NCBI RefSeq assembly: GCF_009914755.1
Contig: NC_060939.1
Length of the DNA stretch: 64,000 nucleotides
Direction: 5' to 3' (one strand)
DNA from: the human T2T-CHM13v2.0 reference genome, Homo sapiens
The position numbers were made by a program, and so were the translations under genes. How positions within the stretch are numbered: position 1 is the first letter of the stretch; the number at the start of each line of letters is the position of its first letter. This document shows positions 1 to 13,420 of this stretch, in pieces. The notes under the pieces are model-generated. The model was given only the letters and a program-made list of their open reading frames with translations. It had not been told where the DNA came from and did no database searches.

Positions 1-1549
1 CAATAGACCCAGCCGTAGAAGCATGTCACACAGCCCTGCACCGCAGGAGGGTGCAATCACGGGAATGAGTACGGAGCACAGTGTGGAAGACGTGGGCAGA
101 CATACAGAGTAGTAGCACTGGGACACAACTGAGTAGCAATGGCACGGTCACAGTGTGTGTGGCTCCTGGACATGCGGCCAGGGAGCGGTGGCCGGCAGCA
201 GGTCCCAGGGCTGGAGCAGCAGGCGCCAGCGACATGGCAGTGGTTGAGTTGTAGTCAAATGAAGAACCACCTCCCTCACGCTGGGCCGTTGTCTCCGGCT
301 GAGCCTCTTGGCCTCCCCTGATTTCAGGAGTGTGTTTGTCTATATCCAGTCTCATCATGCATTCCCCGGAGCCCAAAAAACAATTTTATCTCTGATTCCC
401 TTCAGATCCGACTTCAGCTTAATAGGAAATTGAACATTTTCTGGAGAGAAAAGCGCTCTGGGAATAGATGAGAGTGGAGAAGAGGAGGTCTATGCCTCTC
501 TGTGCAATGCTGCCTGCTGCCCCTGGCCCTGCCTGTCCCATCCCCATGGCTCACTAAGCCCACTGTGGCTCCCTGTCCCTGGATGTGCCCTTGATCTACC
601 TCATTCCCAGACTGCAACCCAACCATTTCTTCTCACCTTGGAACACTTCGTTTTGATGCGGGCCTTTCAAGTTCCATTTGGTCAACATGGTACAAAACTC
701 TGGTCCTGGGTGGGCCCATCAAGGTCAAGGTCCCATGGGTATGGTCTTGGGTCAAGTGTAGGGCCTCAGGCAGAGGTAGAGGAAGCCTTATCTCCCGTCT
801 GAGTAGCTCAGGAAGCCATTGGGAAGAGGTGAGCCTTTAAGTGAGTGTGAAGAGTGAGGTGTTAAGGTTCATCCTGAACATGGCAACTCCCCAAATAGTC
901 AACAGCCTGCAAGCATCTGCCCTCCACTCTCTGGGCACCCTGAGCCCATCTCACACGGAGCCAGGCCATGCCTCCTGACGCCAGGAGGGGAGCAGGTAAG
1001 GCGAGGGGGCTCTATGCCACCTCTAGATGGACCGACTTCCTCCACAAAGGGCTTCTGAAACACCTGCCATGTGCCTGGACTCCCCATTCCTCCAGCCTGT
1101 CAGAAAACCAGAACTCTCCACCCTGCCATGTGCCCAGCCCTGTGTCCAGCTGGGGCAGGGACATGGGGACAAAGAGGCCAAGGACCTCAGCTCTGAGAAT
1201 TCCCCAGTGGACAGGAGCAAGCCATACCCGGGGAGACGATTAGTGGCACAGAGTAGGCACACAGTAAATATTTGGTGGGGGATGAACAGGCAAAGGAGGG
1301 GCATGGTTGGGACAATGTAGCTTTTTAACTGCCACACTTACCCAGCACTCCTGGACACACCTAGTGAGCCCTTAGTGAATGAGAGAGAGCTGGGGAGGTG
1401 GTGGATAGGGGGAGAGGCAGGCAAGGAAGTCTTCCTGGAGGAGGCAGACTATGCTTTGGATAAAGAAAGGCAGATGTGCTCATTTACTATGGAAGAATTG
1501 TGTATTCAGTGTTGTTTCCAGCACAGAAATTCAAGCACAGGGTTGCTTC

Positions 1550-1690
1550 CCTCCTCTTCCTGTCTCTCTCCCTGTCTCTCCTGCTCTCTCTCGCTCTCTC
1601 TCTTTTTCTCCCTCCCCCCTCTCTCTCTCCACCTCTCTCTCCTTCTCTCTCTCTCTGCCTCCTCTGTTTCCCTCCCTCTTCTGCCTTGCT
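1550..1690. repeat. CT-rich low-complexity/degenerate (CT)n tract
   Basis: Near-pure polypyrimidine run of degenerate CT dinucleotides. Confidence 0.85.
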
Positions 1691-3827
1691 CAGAGGAGAT
1701 TTGTGGCAGACCAGAGGGCCCTCATACCAGGAGATGAATAATTGACAAGGGTTGTTAAAAGATTCAGTGGAGTTTTTCCAACCTCCTTACACTGGAATAA
1801 CTCATTTCTTTCATTCTGTTTTTGAAAGCCTTTCCCCCTCCCTCCACCTGTCTCCTCCACATCCCCGCCCCCTCTGAGCATACCGCTTTTGTTTCTCTTC
1901 CTTTCTTGAGTCTGCTGGACCCTAGAATGATTCGGCCTTAATCCCTCGGTTTCTCTAAATCCCCTTCCCCAGCTGTCCCCACCCCACTTGCCGTGCTCCG
2001 AAGGTGTAGGTTGACTTCAGCAGAGACAGCCCCAGATCATGAGTGCAGAGAGGAAGGAGGACCAGGGAAGCTGTGGCCTCTCCCAAGTCCCAGTGTGCCA
2101 GAGGTGGGCTCGGTCCTCAGAAAGGCAAGCCTCCCAGCACAGGGACCCCTTTCCTCGCAGGCAGGCGGAGGGGTGCTCTGGGGACGCTGGGTGACCATGT
2201 GCCTTGGTTTCTCCATCTTAGCATGCTGCTTACCCTACCCTACCTGCCTCTCAGGATCAGATGGGAGAGGTGAGGCCCCCCAGAAAGGGCGGCTGGCCGT
2301 GTAGCAGAGACACCCTGAGCCTAGTCCTTTCTGTCCGGCTGGCATGGCCCTGGGGTGACCACCCATCCCTGTCTGTCCAGGACTGACGGGTTTCCAGACT
2401 ATGAGGTGTTCAGTGCTTAAACCAAGACAGTCCTAGGCAAACCTGGATGGGGGCCACCCTACATGGCACAGAAACCTCCCCTGTCCCAGGTCTGCCCCAC
2501 TGGAGGTTGCCACACTCTCTACCCTGTCAGCCTCCCTCATCCACAGGGCATACTCCCCCTGCCCAGTCTGGCCCAGCTCCGTGCTGTCCATGCACTCATA
2601 GTGCTCCCACTGCTCCTGCAAGTGACCTTGACCTTCCTTCCCTTCTCTGGGCCCCAGTTCCTGCCTCTGACAGCACAGGCGGTTGGAGCAGATGTTCCTG
2701 AGTGCCCTGAGGCTCCTGCACTGTGGCTGCAGCCTTGGTCCTGCCCCCAGACCCACACCCAGGATGGGGTCTGCAGCCTGGTGAGGCCGACAGCAGAGCA
2801 GTCAGACCCGGCCTCCACTCCTCAGCACCACCTGGTGGCAGGTGATTAACTCTGAGCAGGAGTCTTTTGAGGCTGCCAGCAGCAGTCACCAGGGAAGGGA
2901 CTTGGAGCACCCCTGCACACTACCCACTTTGGTGGCAACAAGCAGCAGGAACGTCAGCCTAGGGTGGTGACATTGCAAAGCCCCGGGAGCCTGGGATTGG
3001 CCCCCAGGAGCAGGAATAAGCAGCCCCCCCAGGGCCACTAGTTCAGGCACCAAGCCCAGCCTGGGAGCAGGGTCACCCAGGGTCTGGGAGTACGAGAGGG
3101 CCCAGGCCCCAGGTCCTTTGGAACCAAGAGAGGCTGAGGAACTACAAGAGAAACAGGGAGTGAGACAGAGACAAAGAGAGCAGAGCCAACCAGGGCCCAC
3201 CCAACGGCCTCCAAACAGACGCCCTTGACTCAGTGTCCCCTTCAGGCCATCCCACACCAGCCACAAGACACGTTCCCAAAACACTGGCCACCCCAGCCTT
3301 CCTGCTGTCCCCCCTCAGTCTCCGTAGCCCCTGACTCTACTGCCCAGCGTGATTGCCCCATTTGCTGGGTTTGTGCTCTCTCCCAGTCACCTCTCCAAGC
3401 ATCCCTGTTCTGTGCAGCACACACTCACGAGCTCCCGCCCAGGCCCAGCTCCCCGAAGGCAGGAAGGCTTCTCAGGGCCCCAGCCCTCCTCAGCTCCTCC
3501 CCTGCACTCCTGCAGGCCCCGAGCTGGGAGCACCGCCTGCTGACAGGGGCTGGAGGGGGTCCTACAATTAAATACTTAAGACAAGGCAACCGACCTAAGC
3601 CATGGCTGAGAACACTCGCCAGCTCTTTTCCCTTTCCTGTCCCTCCCCCAACTCTGACCTTTTTCTCTCCAATTCCTAAACACAATCACACACAGTGCTT
3701 ACCAAGCATTTTAGCGAGGAAGGGAGGGAGGGAGAGGAGAAGGGTAGAAAGGAAGAAATAAGGATCACATCCCACATGTGTCTGTTACTTCCCTCTGCAG
3801 ACCCCTCCTCTCACCTGCATAGCTCTT

Positions 3828-4123
3828 GCAGGTTTGTGTTCCATCTCCACCACTCCGAAGCTGTGTGACCTTGGATAAATCACTCCACCTCTCTGCTCCT
3901 GCCTCCTCATTGTTAAGTAGAGGGAACACTGTCACCCTGTCCACCTCTTGAGACTATGGGGAGGATTAACAAGAGAATGAGGGGCAATGTGTTGGAAACT
4001 GTAAAGGGCTGTCCACTTTGCAGGAGACTTAATAGTCACTGTGTTCCTGGGGCCCTGCGATCAAGGCGGAGAATAAAAAGGAAGCAAAAATCCCCCAGGC
4101 CTCTCCCTCTGACCCTTTCTCCG
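3828..4123 (+). repeat. Copy 1 of ~300-bp local direct duplication (MIR-derived plus flank)
   Basis: MIR-like core (GCTGTGTGACCTTGG...CACCTCTCTG); aligns by eye with 5577-5877, sharing CATTGTTAAGTAGAGG, TGGAAACTGTAAAGGGC and CCCAGGCCTCTCCCTCTGACCC. Confidence 0.8.
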
Positions 4124-4685
4124 GCAGGGCTGTTCCCAGACCCCTGACCCACTTCTCCTCCCTCCTTCCCCCATCCCTCCGAGTCTCAGCGGGCCATTCT
4201 CCTCCTCCATCCATCACCTGAGACTAAAGAGATTAATAAACGAGACTCATAACTCAGCTGCTGGGATGCAGCAGATATTTACGGCTCCGTTTCAATTTGC
4301 AGAGAGATTAAGTGTTTGTCGATTTATTGTCTCTTGGTGTGTGCAAGCGGCTGAGCAAGGCCCCCTGCAGGCCAGTCCCCTCCCCCACTCCACACGCCCT
4401 GCACATGTGTGTGGGTGCCTCGCCTCCCACCCCCAGCCCCCAGCCCTGGAGCTGGCGGGGAGCCTGGTGCTGCTCTGCCAGGCAAAGCTATGAGCCAGTC
4501 CGGTGGGCCTGTCTTCCTGACCGACTTGGCCAGGTACCTAAGCTGATTTAGAGGGCCCACTCACACTCCTCCAGCCTTGTCCCTCCCCACCTGGCTAGGT
4601 AAATGTGCCCCAGATCCCAAGCTCCACGCTTCTAGAACACTCTGTCGGTACCCAAGACCCCCGAATGGGCCTGAACCTGCTTCTG

Positions 4686-5037
<352 letters not shown>

Positions 5038-5576
5038 TAAGGGTTGAATACTTTTGCAAGGGTGCACCCTGAGACCCAAGAAGCAACGGCTGTTTGCAGA
5101 GGGCACATGCTGGAAGCCTCCATTTCTGTTCTTGTACTGGGCACTACAGATATTAGGGGTGGGCCTGGAGAGGGGAGGCTTCCATAGAGAAAGCCCCCCA
5201 GCCTAACTGGGGAGAAGTCTGCAAAGGCCAAGGGAAGTGAGACAGCATGAAAAGGAGCATCACCCAGGGGCTAAGGGGGAAGTACTCAAACCCCAAGGAT
5301 GAGCAGTGCTTCAGGAGCCAAGAAGGGGCCACATGAGCACAGGGAGCAAAAGTGTCTGGTGCCCCCAACCTCCTCAGACCCCCAGCTGTCTCTCCTTTCC
5401 CTGTTGACTTTGTATTCTGGCACAGGCACCTACTCATTCATTCATTTCTGGTACATGCACCTACTCATTCATTCATGCATTCATTCATTTGTTCGACCAG
5501 GGTTTTGAGCATCTACTCTGTGCCAAGTCTGGTTATCTCGCCCCACAGATTCCTCCACTCATTTGTGCAGCCCCAG

Positions 5577-5877
5577 CAGGTATGAGTTCCATTTCCACCA
5601 CCCAAGAGCTGTGTGGCCTTGAAAAAATCACTCAACCTCTCTGATCCTGTCTCTTCATTGTTAAGTAGAGGAAATACTCTCCCCGCCTCTTGAGGCTTTT
5701 CAGAGGACTAACAGGAGAGTGGATGGCAATGCACTGGAAACTGTAAAGGGCCGTCCACTTTGGCACTTTGCAGGAGGCTTATTAATAGTCGTTGTGTTCA
5801 TGGGATCCCTCGAGACTGAGGGGGATGACGGAAGGCAGCACAACTCACCCAGGCCTCTCCCTCTGACCCCCTCTCCA
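5577..5877 (+). repeat. Copy 2 of ~300-bp local direct duplication
   Basis: Homologous to 3828-4123; ORF-track peptides also match (GNVLETVKGCPL/GNALETVKGRPL; SPRPLPLT). Confidence 0.8.
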
Positions 5878-8102
5878 GAAGTTCACCTCCAAGATATGTG
5901 ACAGTCACATAAAGATAATTCCGTACAAGGGTCCCTGTGCTCAAGAAGTCCCAATTGAGCAGGGAGACACATCAAGAATGGCTGGAGGAGGATGTGGTCA
6001 GGACTGGGGCTCAGGGTCCTCAGGAGATTGTGGGAGCACAGAGGGGGTCTACCTAATCCTAACCCCCATCAACTCCCACCCCAGGCAGTGCACACTTTCT
6101 ACAGAATGCCAGGGTAGTCTGCAGATGTCACTGTGATAAGCAAGAGAGAAAAGCCAACCAAGCCTCAGTGGCGGTTAGCATGAAACCATAACAGATCTTT
6201 GATTTGTTGGTGGAAGGGAAACGAAATTCCTCTTGTTCCTGCAAGAGGAATCTGTTGATCTGTTGAGTGGGAATTACTAGTTAGTGTGTGTGTGCCTGTC
6301 TCTCTCCAGGCCTGGCCTGGGGTCTCACCAAAAGGCACTGTGGGGCCCCAGGGCTAGTCCCTTCCCTGTCTGGACCTCAGTTTCTCTATCTGTATTAATG
6401 GAGCGAATGCCTCCCTCCAGTGAGGGATGAGAAAGTCTTAGCGGTGTGGAGGAAAGAATGGATGGGATAGGTGGACTAGAGGACTGGTCAAGTCAGGGCC
6501 TGCCCTAAGTACCCAGAAGATCAGGCTCAGAGGAGATGAGAACGAGGTCACTCCGGGCAGAGGCCACCCAGAGAGAGAGAAAATTTACTGCCGAGAGAGG
6601 GTTGGGCAGGAGGAGCATCAGGAGACATGGAGTCAGTTCTGACTTGAGGAGTCAGCCTGACTGACCCCTCCCCTCCTGGGCCTCCGTCTCCCCTCCTGTG
6701 GAGTGAGGAGCCTGGTCTTGACAATTTCCTCTTTCATCCAAGCAAACAAGGCAGGCAGAGGCGGGACAGCCTCCTGGCGCTGCTCCTTAGTGAGATGGCC
6801 GGTGCTGCCAGGTCTTGCTGTCCATCCTTAATTAAATGGTGGGTGGGCGAGGCAGGAGTGGAGCACTCTCGGTAACTAAAGCCAAGATGATGAGGCCATA
6901 AATTGCTGAGGGCTTGAATCATCGATTGGTGAGGGTGAGGTGGACTATAGAACCAGGAGCGACTGGGAGAAAGAGTTGCTAACCTGGGAAATGGGGCTTG
7001 TCCCTTCTGTGCTCTGCAAGCACCAGCCCAACCTTAGTACTCATTTTAATAACACTAAGTGTTCCCATCAAGATTCACTGAGCTCGTACTCTGTACCCAG
7101 AACTTCGGTCACAATCTCATGTAATCCTCACTCCAGACTGAAAAGGAACATACAATTATCATCCCCACTTTATGGGAGAGGAACCTGCTGATAGCACAAT
7201 AACCCTCCCAGGGCCACCAGACAAGACCGAGGGGGAGTCTTGGTCCAACACAGGTTGGGGGTCTCCAGCCTAGCACTTGAGCCTTGGCCGAGCCTGGTGA
7301 CTTGGAAGTCAGGAGCCTGGTGAGCTTAACTCACCATCTTCCCAGCCTATCTGGGAGGAAGAGCTGCCTCAGTTTCCTAGTAAACACCAAGACAAGCTCT
7401 GTGGCCTCAAGCCACCCCCTGCCGAGTTCCACCTGGAACATTTGAGAGTATAAGCAAGGCCTACATACCATATGTCCAAACCCCAGGTAATCAAAATATA
7501 AATCAAGCAGAAGCTAGCAAACTCCTAAATATGTTCCATTCCTCTACCTCAATAAATACACCTTATGAACAACCTCAAAGAATTCTCAGCTTCCACACTG
7601 GCCCCTGGCAGTATGGCGAGAGCCACTCCCAGGCCCCCACCCCTCAACCCCACCCACCCCCTTTTCTTCTCACACAGCTCAATTTCAGTCCCACACCTAT
7701 GAGACTCTGTGGGCTCTCTCGAGTGCATAAGGGTATACTGCCACCTTCAGGAGGACAGGCCCTGGAAGCAGGGGAGTGCCAGGATCCCAGTTACCCAGGG
7801 TGAGGTCTAAAGCGGGCACGGGCTCTAGGTGGGCACGTCCCCCTTGGGACCACTGACTCCTCACCCCATGGGAAGGGTTGTACCCCGAAGAGGGCCAAAG
7901 CAGGACCTTTCAACCCACGGGGCCCAGGGCTGGAGCCCCTCTTGTCCAGGGCTAAAGGCAGAACTGTCCCTCCCCCAACCCTCACCACTAGCTTGGTGAC
8001 TCTATCAGGGTGCACTCCTGAGTTCAGATTAAATGTTTTTCAGTACAATCCAATTTCTTCCTGACACACGGACTAGAAAAGCCCAGTCCATGTGTGCAGA
8101 CA

Positions 8103-8104
<2 letters not shown>

Positions 8105-8146
<42 letters not shown>
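8105..8146. repeat. (CA)21 microsatellite
   Basis: Perfect CA repeat. Confidence 0.97.
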
Positions 8147-8147
<1 letters not shown>

Positions 8148-8159
8148 TTGGTGCTAAAT

Positions 8160-8500
8160 ATCCAATCAAGTCCGCAGATAATAGAGACCAGCCAGTTCAC
8201 TCCCAGTTTAATCAGATAAAATGCTCATTCATCGGCTCCTGCCAGAGCTGCCGTCCCCTCCTTAGGGCGGAGTCGAGGGGGCGGGGAGGGCCTGTGGGGG
8301 AAGGGGCTGAGACCCGAGTGGCTTGAGCATGTGGGCTGCGCCTTTAAATCTTCAAGGAGGGGGGACAGCGTTGCCCACGGGGGACTAATTATCCTTCAGC
8401 CTTTAGCCAGCTCTTACTCAAACAGACAAAAGGGGGCTCAGCATCTCTGGTGGCACTAAGCCTCTGCAGCAGAATTTTTTTCACTCTCAGATATGCAAAT
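8160..8500. promoter_or_regulatory. Candidate enhancer/promoter-like motif cluster
   Basis: Two AGATAA (GATA) sites, GC boxes (GGGCGG, GGGGCGGGG), TAATTA, octamer ATGCAAAT at 8493-8500; motif evidence only. Confidence 0.35.
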
Positions 8501-9626
8501 CCACCTCCACAGGGTGGACCCTGGGGTTGGGCTGCAGAGGGGCTCGGGGATTTGGAAGGGCCAGGAAGAGCAATGACAGCTGGACCCTCTCAGAGGACTA
8601 GTTTGGGACTGGAGGCATCTCACTCTTCCTCCTCAGGCTGGGTAGGGAGCCATTCAGTAGGGAGCTGCCACGCTGGTAGGGAGGGTCCTGTGGAGGCCAA
8701 GATGAAGACCTCACCCTCCTGCCTTCTCCTGTATGTGGGTGGGGGGGCTCCTGTGGAGGGCCAGTGGGCTCACTCAGAGAGCTGGCTCAGGATCTGGGAG
8801 CTGACCGTCCAGATGGGGCCCTCCTGCCCACCTCAGCCTTCCTCCTCCTAAGACACAGCCACCAGGTGACCTGTCCCAAGCCCAAATCTAGACATGCTAC
8901 CCCCCGCCCTGAACCCATGCATTGTTCCCTTGCCTGCAACAGGAGCCCCTCAGCCTGATGGGCCCTGGGGCTTCTGAAGCCCCTGCCTCAAGCCTTTACC
9001 TGAACCCAGAATATTCTACCCATGCTCAATGGCAGTGGTGCCTCCTCCCAGCTCCAGGCCTGTGTTCCCGGCTCACTCCACCTTGTACCCCTCGCCCACC
9101 TCCACACCAGGTGCCTGGCGTGCAGTGGGTGCTCAGTAAGTGTGTGCTCACTGAATGCACAGAATGCCCTTCCTGAGCAGCTTGGTGGACCAGGGGTGGT
9201 CTGGATCACAGAGGTGTTTACCTCCTACTCAGCTCCCAGCCAGCACCTACAGGAACCTCAGTCTCTTTAGCTGGGAAAGGGGGACAGTGCTAGCCCTTAT
9301 CCCCAGGCTGGCTGTGAAAACCTCACAGTGCCTGGAGCGGCTTCTGTGAGCCATGAAGAGCTTCTGGCGCCTTTTTTTCCTACAGTGGGGAGTGAAGAGG
9401 ACAGTGTAGGAGAGTGCAGAGGGTCTGGGAACAAGCTTCCATCTCTCTCGGTCCCTCCAAGACCCACATCTTACACCACTATTGGCCACTCCTTCAGGGA
9501 ATCTATTTATCCACTACAAATGGATCTGTGCCCCACCCGTTCCAGACCCCCCAAGTCCTCCACCAGCCATCTCAACAGAACAGCCTGGACTTTAAGTATG
9601 AGGGGAACTTAAAAACTCTGGGAGAA

Positions 9627-9934
9627 GCTAGCGCAGTGGCTCACACCTGTAATCCCAGCACTTTGGGAGGCTGAGGCAGGAGGATCACTTGAGACCAGGA
9701 GCTTGAGACCAGCCTAGGTAACATAGCGAGATGCCGTCTCCACAAAATTTTTTTAAAAAATTAACCAAGCATGGTGACACGTGCCTGTAATACTAGCTAC
9801 TTGGGAGACTGAGGTGGGAGAATTGCTTGAGCCTAAGAGGTTGAGGCTGCCGGCAGTGAGCCATGTGCCCGCCACTGCACTCCAGCCCGGATGACAGAGT
9901 GAGAACCTGACTCAAACAAAATAAAAACAAAAAC
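9627..9934 (+). mobile_element. Alu (AluJ-like)
   Basis: Alu dimer with J-type GGAGGATCACTTGAG/AACATAGCGAGA; flanking AACTCTGGGA repeat. Confidence 0.93.
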
Positions 9935-10015
9935 AACTCTGGGAAGATGGTTAGGAGGCAGGACTGGAGATGTGCTTGGTGCAGAAGGTCTGGCTAATCA
10001 GAATTTGAATTCTGA

Positions 10016-10354
<339 letters not shown>

Positions 10355-11199
10355 TCAGGGGGCATCCTGAGAGAGCCAGCAGGGAGGGTACCCGCCAGCA
10401 GCGGGAGTGCTGCCCCCAGGAAGCCCCCTCCCTTCATTGCCACCTGCATCTGTGAGGTCTGGGCCCTGGATTTCCATTACCTGAGCAGTGGGCAAGGCTG
10501 AGCAGGCTGTAGAGAAGGTTCCCATGGGGGACTCTCAGGGATGGGGAGAGTGAGGTGTGAGAGGAACTGAGGCCAAAAGAGGCTGGGTGACAGGCAGGGG
10601 AGGTGGGGGGCTCTGAAAGGACCAACTGCCTTGAGGCTCAAGCCTCAAGAGGCAAAGCTGAACACAGGGATTACTGGGGTTTTGATGGCTGAAGCACTTT
10701 GTGAAGCTCTGGGGTGGCCTGGAGCCTGGCAGCAGTGAGGTGGTTTTCCGCAACACAGGGCTGGGGAGGAGGCTTGTGGCCTAGGCTGGAGGCAGGACCG
10801 TGATCTGCCTGGACAGGGCGCACGGGGCCTGTAGCACAGGCCTGGAGGCAGGACGGGTGGTCTCACCCCACCTCTGCTCTCCTGTGACACTGAGCTCCCA
10901 TCACCCTGGTCCCTTCCCCTACCCATGGTCCCTCCCAAGGCTAAAGATGGTCTAGGCCTCCTTGGATCCCCCAAGAGCCCCAAATGTCCAGACAGGGCTC
11001 CTTCCCCCAGGGAGAGATGTGGCAGGTGCCCCCAGCATCTCTCCCCTCCACACCCCCTACCCCAGTGTGTTCTCTCCTGGCCTGGGTGAGGACAACAAAT
11101 GGGACACAGTGGGCACATGCTTCGCAAAAATAATGAGAGGGAAGAATGTGAAAATGAGAGCCTAGGATTCAGGCCTGGAGAGCACAGTCATCTAAACAG

Positions 11200-11730
11200 A
11201 CGAGGCTCTAATAGCAGGATCTCAACCCCTCCAGCTGAAAACGACCAGGAACACACATGCAGTTTAACAAAGTTGGAGTTATTCTGGGTTTATTGACTCG
11301 TTGTAGTAAGGGGGATGCAACCATGGGAGTTGCGGGGCATCCCAGAAAGAGTGTGTGGGAAAGGACTTCACAGATTCAAGCTGGTGTTAGGGGATTTGGG
11401 AAAGGGTTTGAGGAAACAGGCTTTGCTCTGGGTTAGATGACAGCGGGAGGCTGGCTTAGAATCAGCATTCTAAGAGTCGGTATCATAGGAGTTCTCATCG
11501 AGAAGGCAGGAATGATGGTCACTAATAAAGAAGCAGCAGTCACTCATATTAGCCAGGAAAGGGAGTTTGGTCATTTTTGTGGTTTGGACAATGACTATGT
11601 TTTATCTGTGTTCACACACTTTACAGAGTGGTCAGAGAGTGGTGTTGTGAATGACACCAGGGTCCAGCTGTGGCCGCCAGCTCCTGGCCACCAGGGGCCG
11701 CTTTTCTTTCTTGGTAGCTTCAGACAGTGA
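11200..11730. mobile_element. Probable old LTR relic (ERVL/MER-class), family uncertain
   Basis: Resembles remembered MER76/MER21-type LTR segments (GCAGCAGTCACTCATATTAGCCAGG...TTTTGTGGTTTGGACAATG); not verified. Confidence 0.4.
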
Positions 11731-13159
11731 CCGAGAAGAGATGAAAGGGACAGATGTTACTCACACAGCACATGCCAGGCACTGTGCTCAACACTAGACA
11801 GACCTTGCTCACGTAATCTTCACCACAGCCCTCTCCTCATTGTACAGATGAGGAAACTGAGGTTCAGAGAGGGAAGGTGCCCATCAGAGTCCAGAAGGAC
11901 TGGCAAAACTAGAATGTAAACCCAGCTTATGTTCCCCTTGTTCCAAAGTCCCTTTCACCCCCTTGCCCTTGCCTAGAGGCTGAGCCTCTGCTCGTTCCTC
12001 GGAGCCACGTGGTCCTGAATTGTGTCCCTTGGACACCCCCGCTAGGCACATCTTCCTGAAGGGGTTCAGACTGTCCATGGCAGGCCAGCCGCAGTGTCAG
12101 CAGCCGCCCCAGCCCAGGAGGGTCCCCCGTGCCTAGAGGTGTGAAGGGTAATGAGGCCCCGTAATTAAGGTTTCTGAAGACATGGCTGGGAGATTTATAG
12201 ACAGGCTTTGTCAATAATTGTGCTACCGGCTGCAGATCCAGCGAGACATCGGTAAGTGCTCGTTACAGCTTCTCCCTGCTCCCTGCCCTGCCCCCGCACC
12301 ACCCCTCCTGAGCCATCAGCCTGCCTGTTCACAGCGCCTATGTACACAGGCTTCGCTCAATTAATTTGCACTTGTTGGCGCCATCTGTTCTTTTCATGTG
12401 TCCTTATCAGGAGTGTGTGCGTCCTGCCTCCTGCTCAGATGTGACAGTGCAACCCTCCTCATACATATAGGGGCTTCCTGGGCAGGCTCACATCTCCCCT
12501 CTCAGACTGGGCTCCTCAGGGTGGGACACTGTCTCCCCCCTCAGTCTAGGACCCCTGAAGGCAAGGCCAAGTCTTCATCTTCCTTCACCTCCCCCTCAAC
12601 ACCCACAGCCTCTCTCTGCTGAGCCAAGCTTGGCCTGGACCCTAGCAAAACCTTCTGAGTCTGACCCCACCAGGCAGGGCCTCAGCCCTCCAGAGGAAGC
12701 CCCCAGACCCCAAACCAAACAATGCCCTGGAAGGCTGGCTGCCTCTGGGTGCTGGGAGGTAGGGTGTTTGTTCTGATCCCCACTCTGGCTCCCATAGCCT
12801 GAGCTTTGGCAGGTTCTTGTTACGAGAACAGTGACATCTTTGAGTCACAGGGGTGGGAAGGGGCTAAGAAGCCACTTGGAAGTCTCTGTTTCCCTTGAGC
12901 AGCATTGGTTAAGGGTGGTACAGGGGCCAAGGCTTGGACAGCTCCTAGAGTGGGGTGGGTCATGGCCTGGTGGCTCCAGGATGCCAGGGCAGGTGGCCCA
13001 CCCAGATAACTGAGAAAAGGCAGCACCTCAAGGATGCTTTCCCTTGGCTCTCTCCCCATCCCGAGGTTTTGGGCAGCCAACATCCCAGCCTACTCTTCTC
13101 TGGGTCATTCTGTCTTCCAGAAGGCCTCTCAGTCCCTTCCAACCCCAGCACAGATTTCT

Positions 13160-13420
13160 TTCTTTCTTTCTTTCTTTTTTTTTTTTTTTTTTTTTTGAGA
13201 CAGAGTCTCACTCTGTCATCCAGGCTGGAGTACAGTGGCGCGATCTCAGCTCACTGCAACCTCCGCCTCCCCGGGTTCAAGCGATTCTCCTGCCTCAGCC
13301 TCCCAAGTGTCTGGGATTACTGGTGCTGGCCGCGATGCTCCGCTAATTTTTATGTTTTTGGTAGAGACGGGGTTTCGCCATATTGGCCAGGATGGTCTCG
13401 AACACCTGACCTCAGGTGAT
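13160..13420 (-). mobile_element. 5'-truncated Alu
   Basis: Reverse Alu lacking the first ~60 nt; 16-bp TSD CCCAGCACAGATTTCT at 13144-13159 and 13424-13439. Confidence 0.93.

Noticed and set aside
1720-1745. CAG|GAGATGAATAATTGA after a long pyrimidine tract mimics the real exon start CAG|GAGATGAACAACT (QEMNN)
   Set aside because: Match is only ~16 nt, followed by an immediate stop, with no further homology; most likely chance
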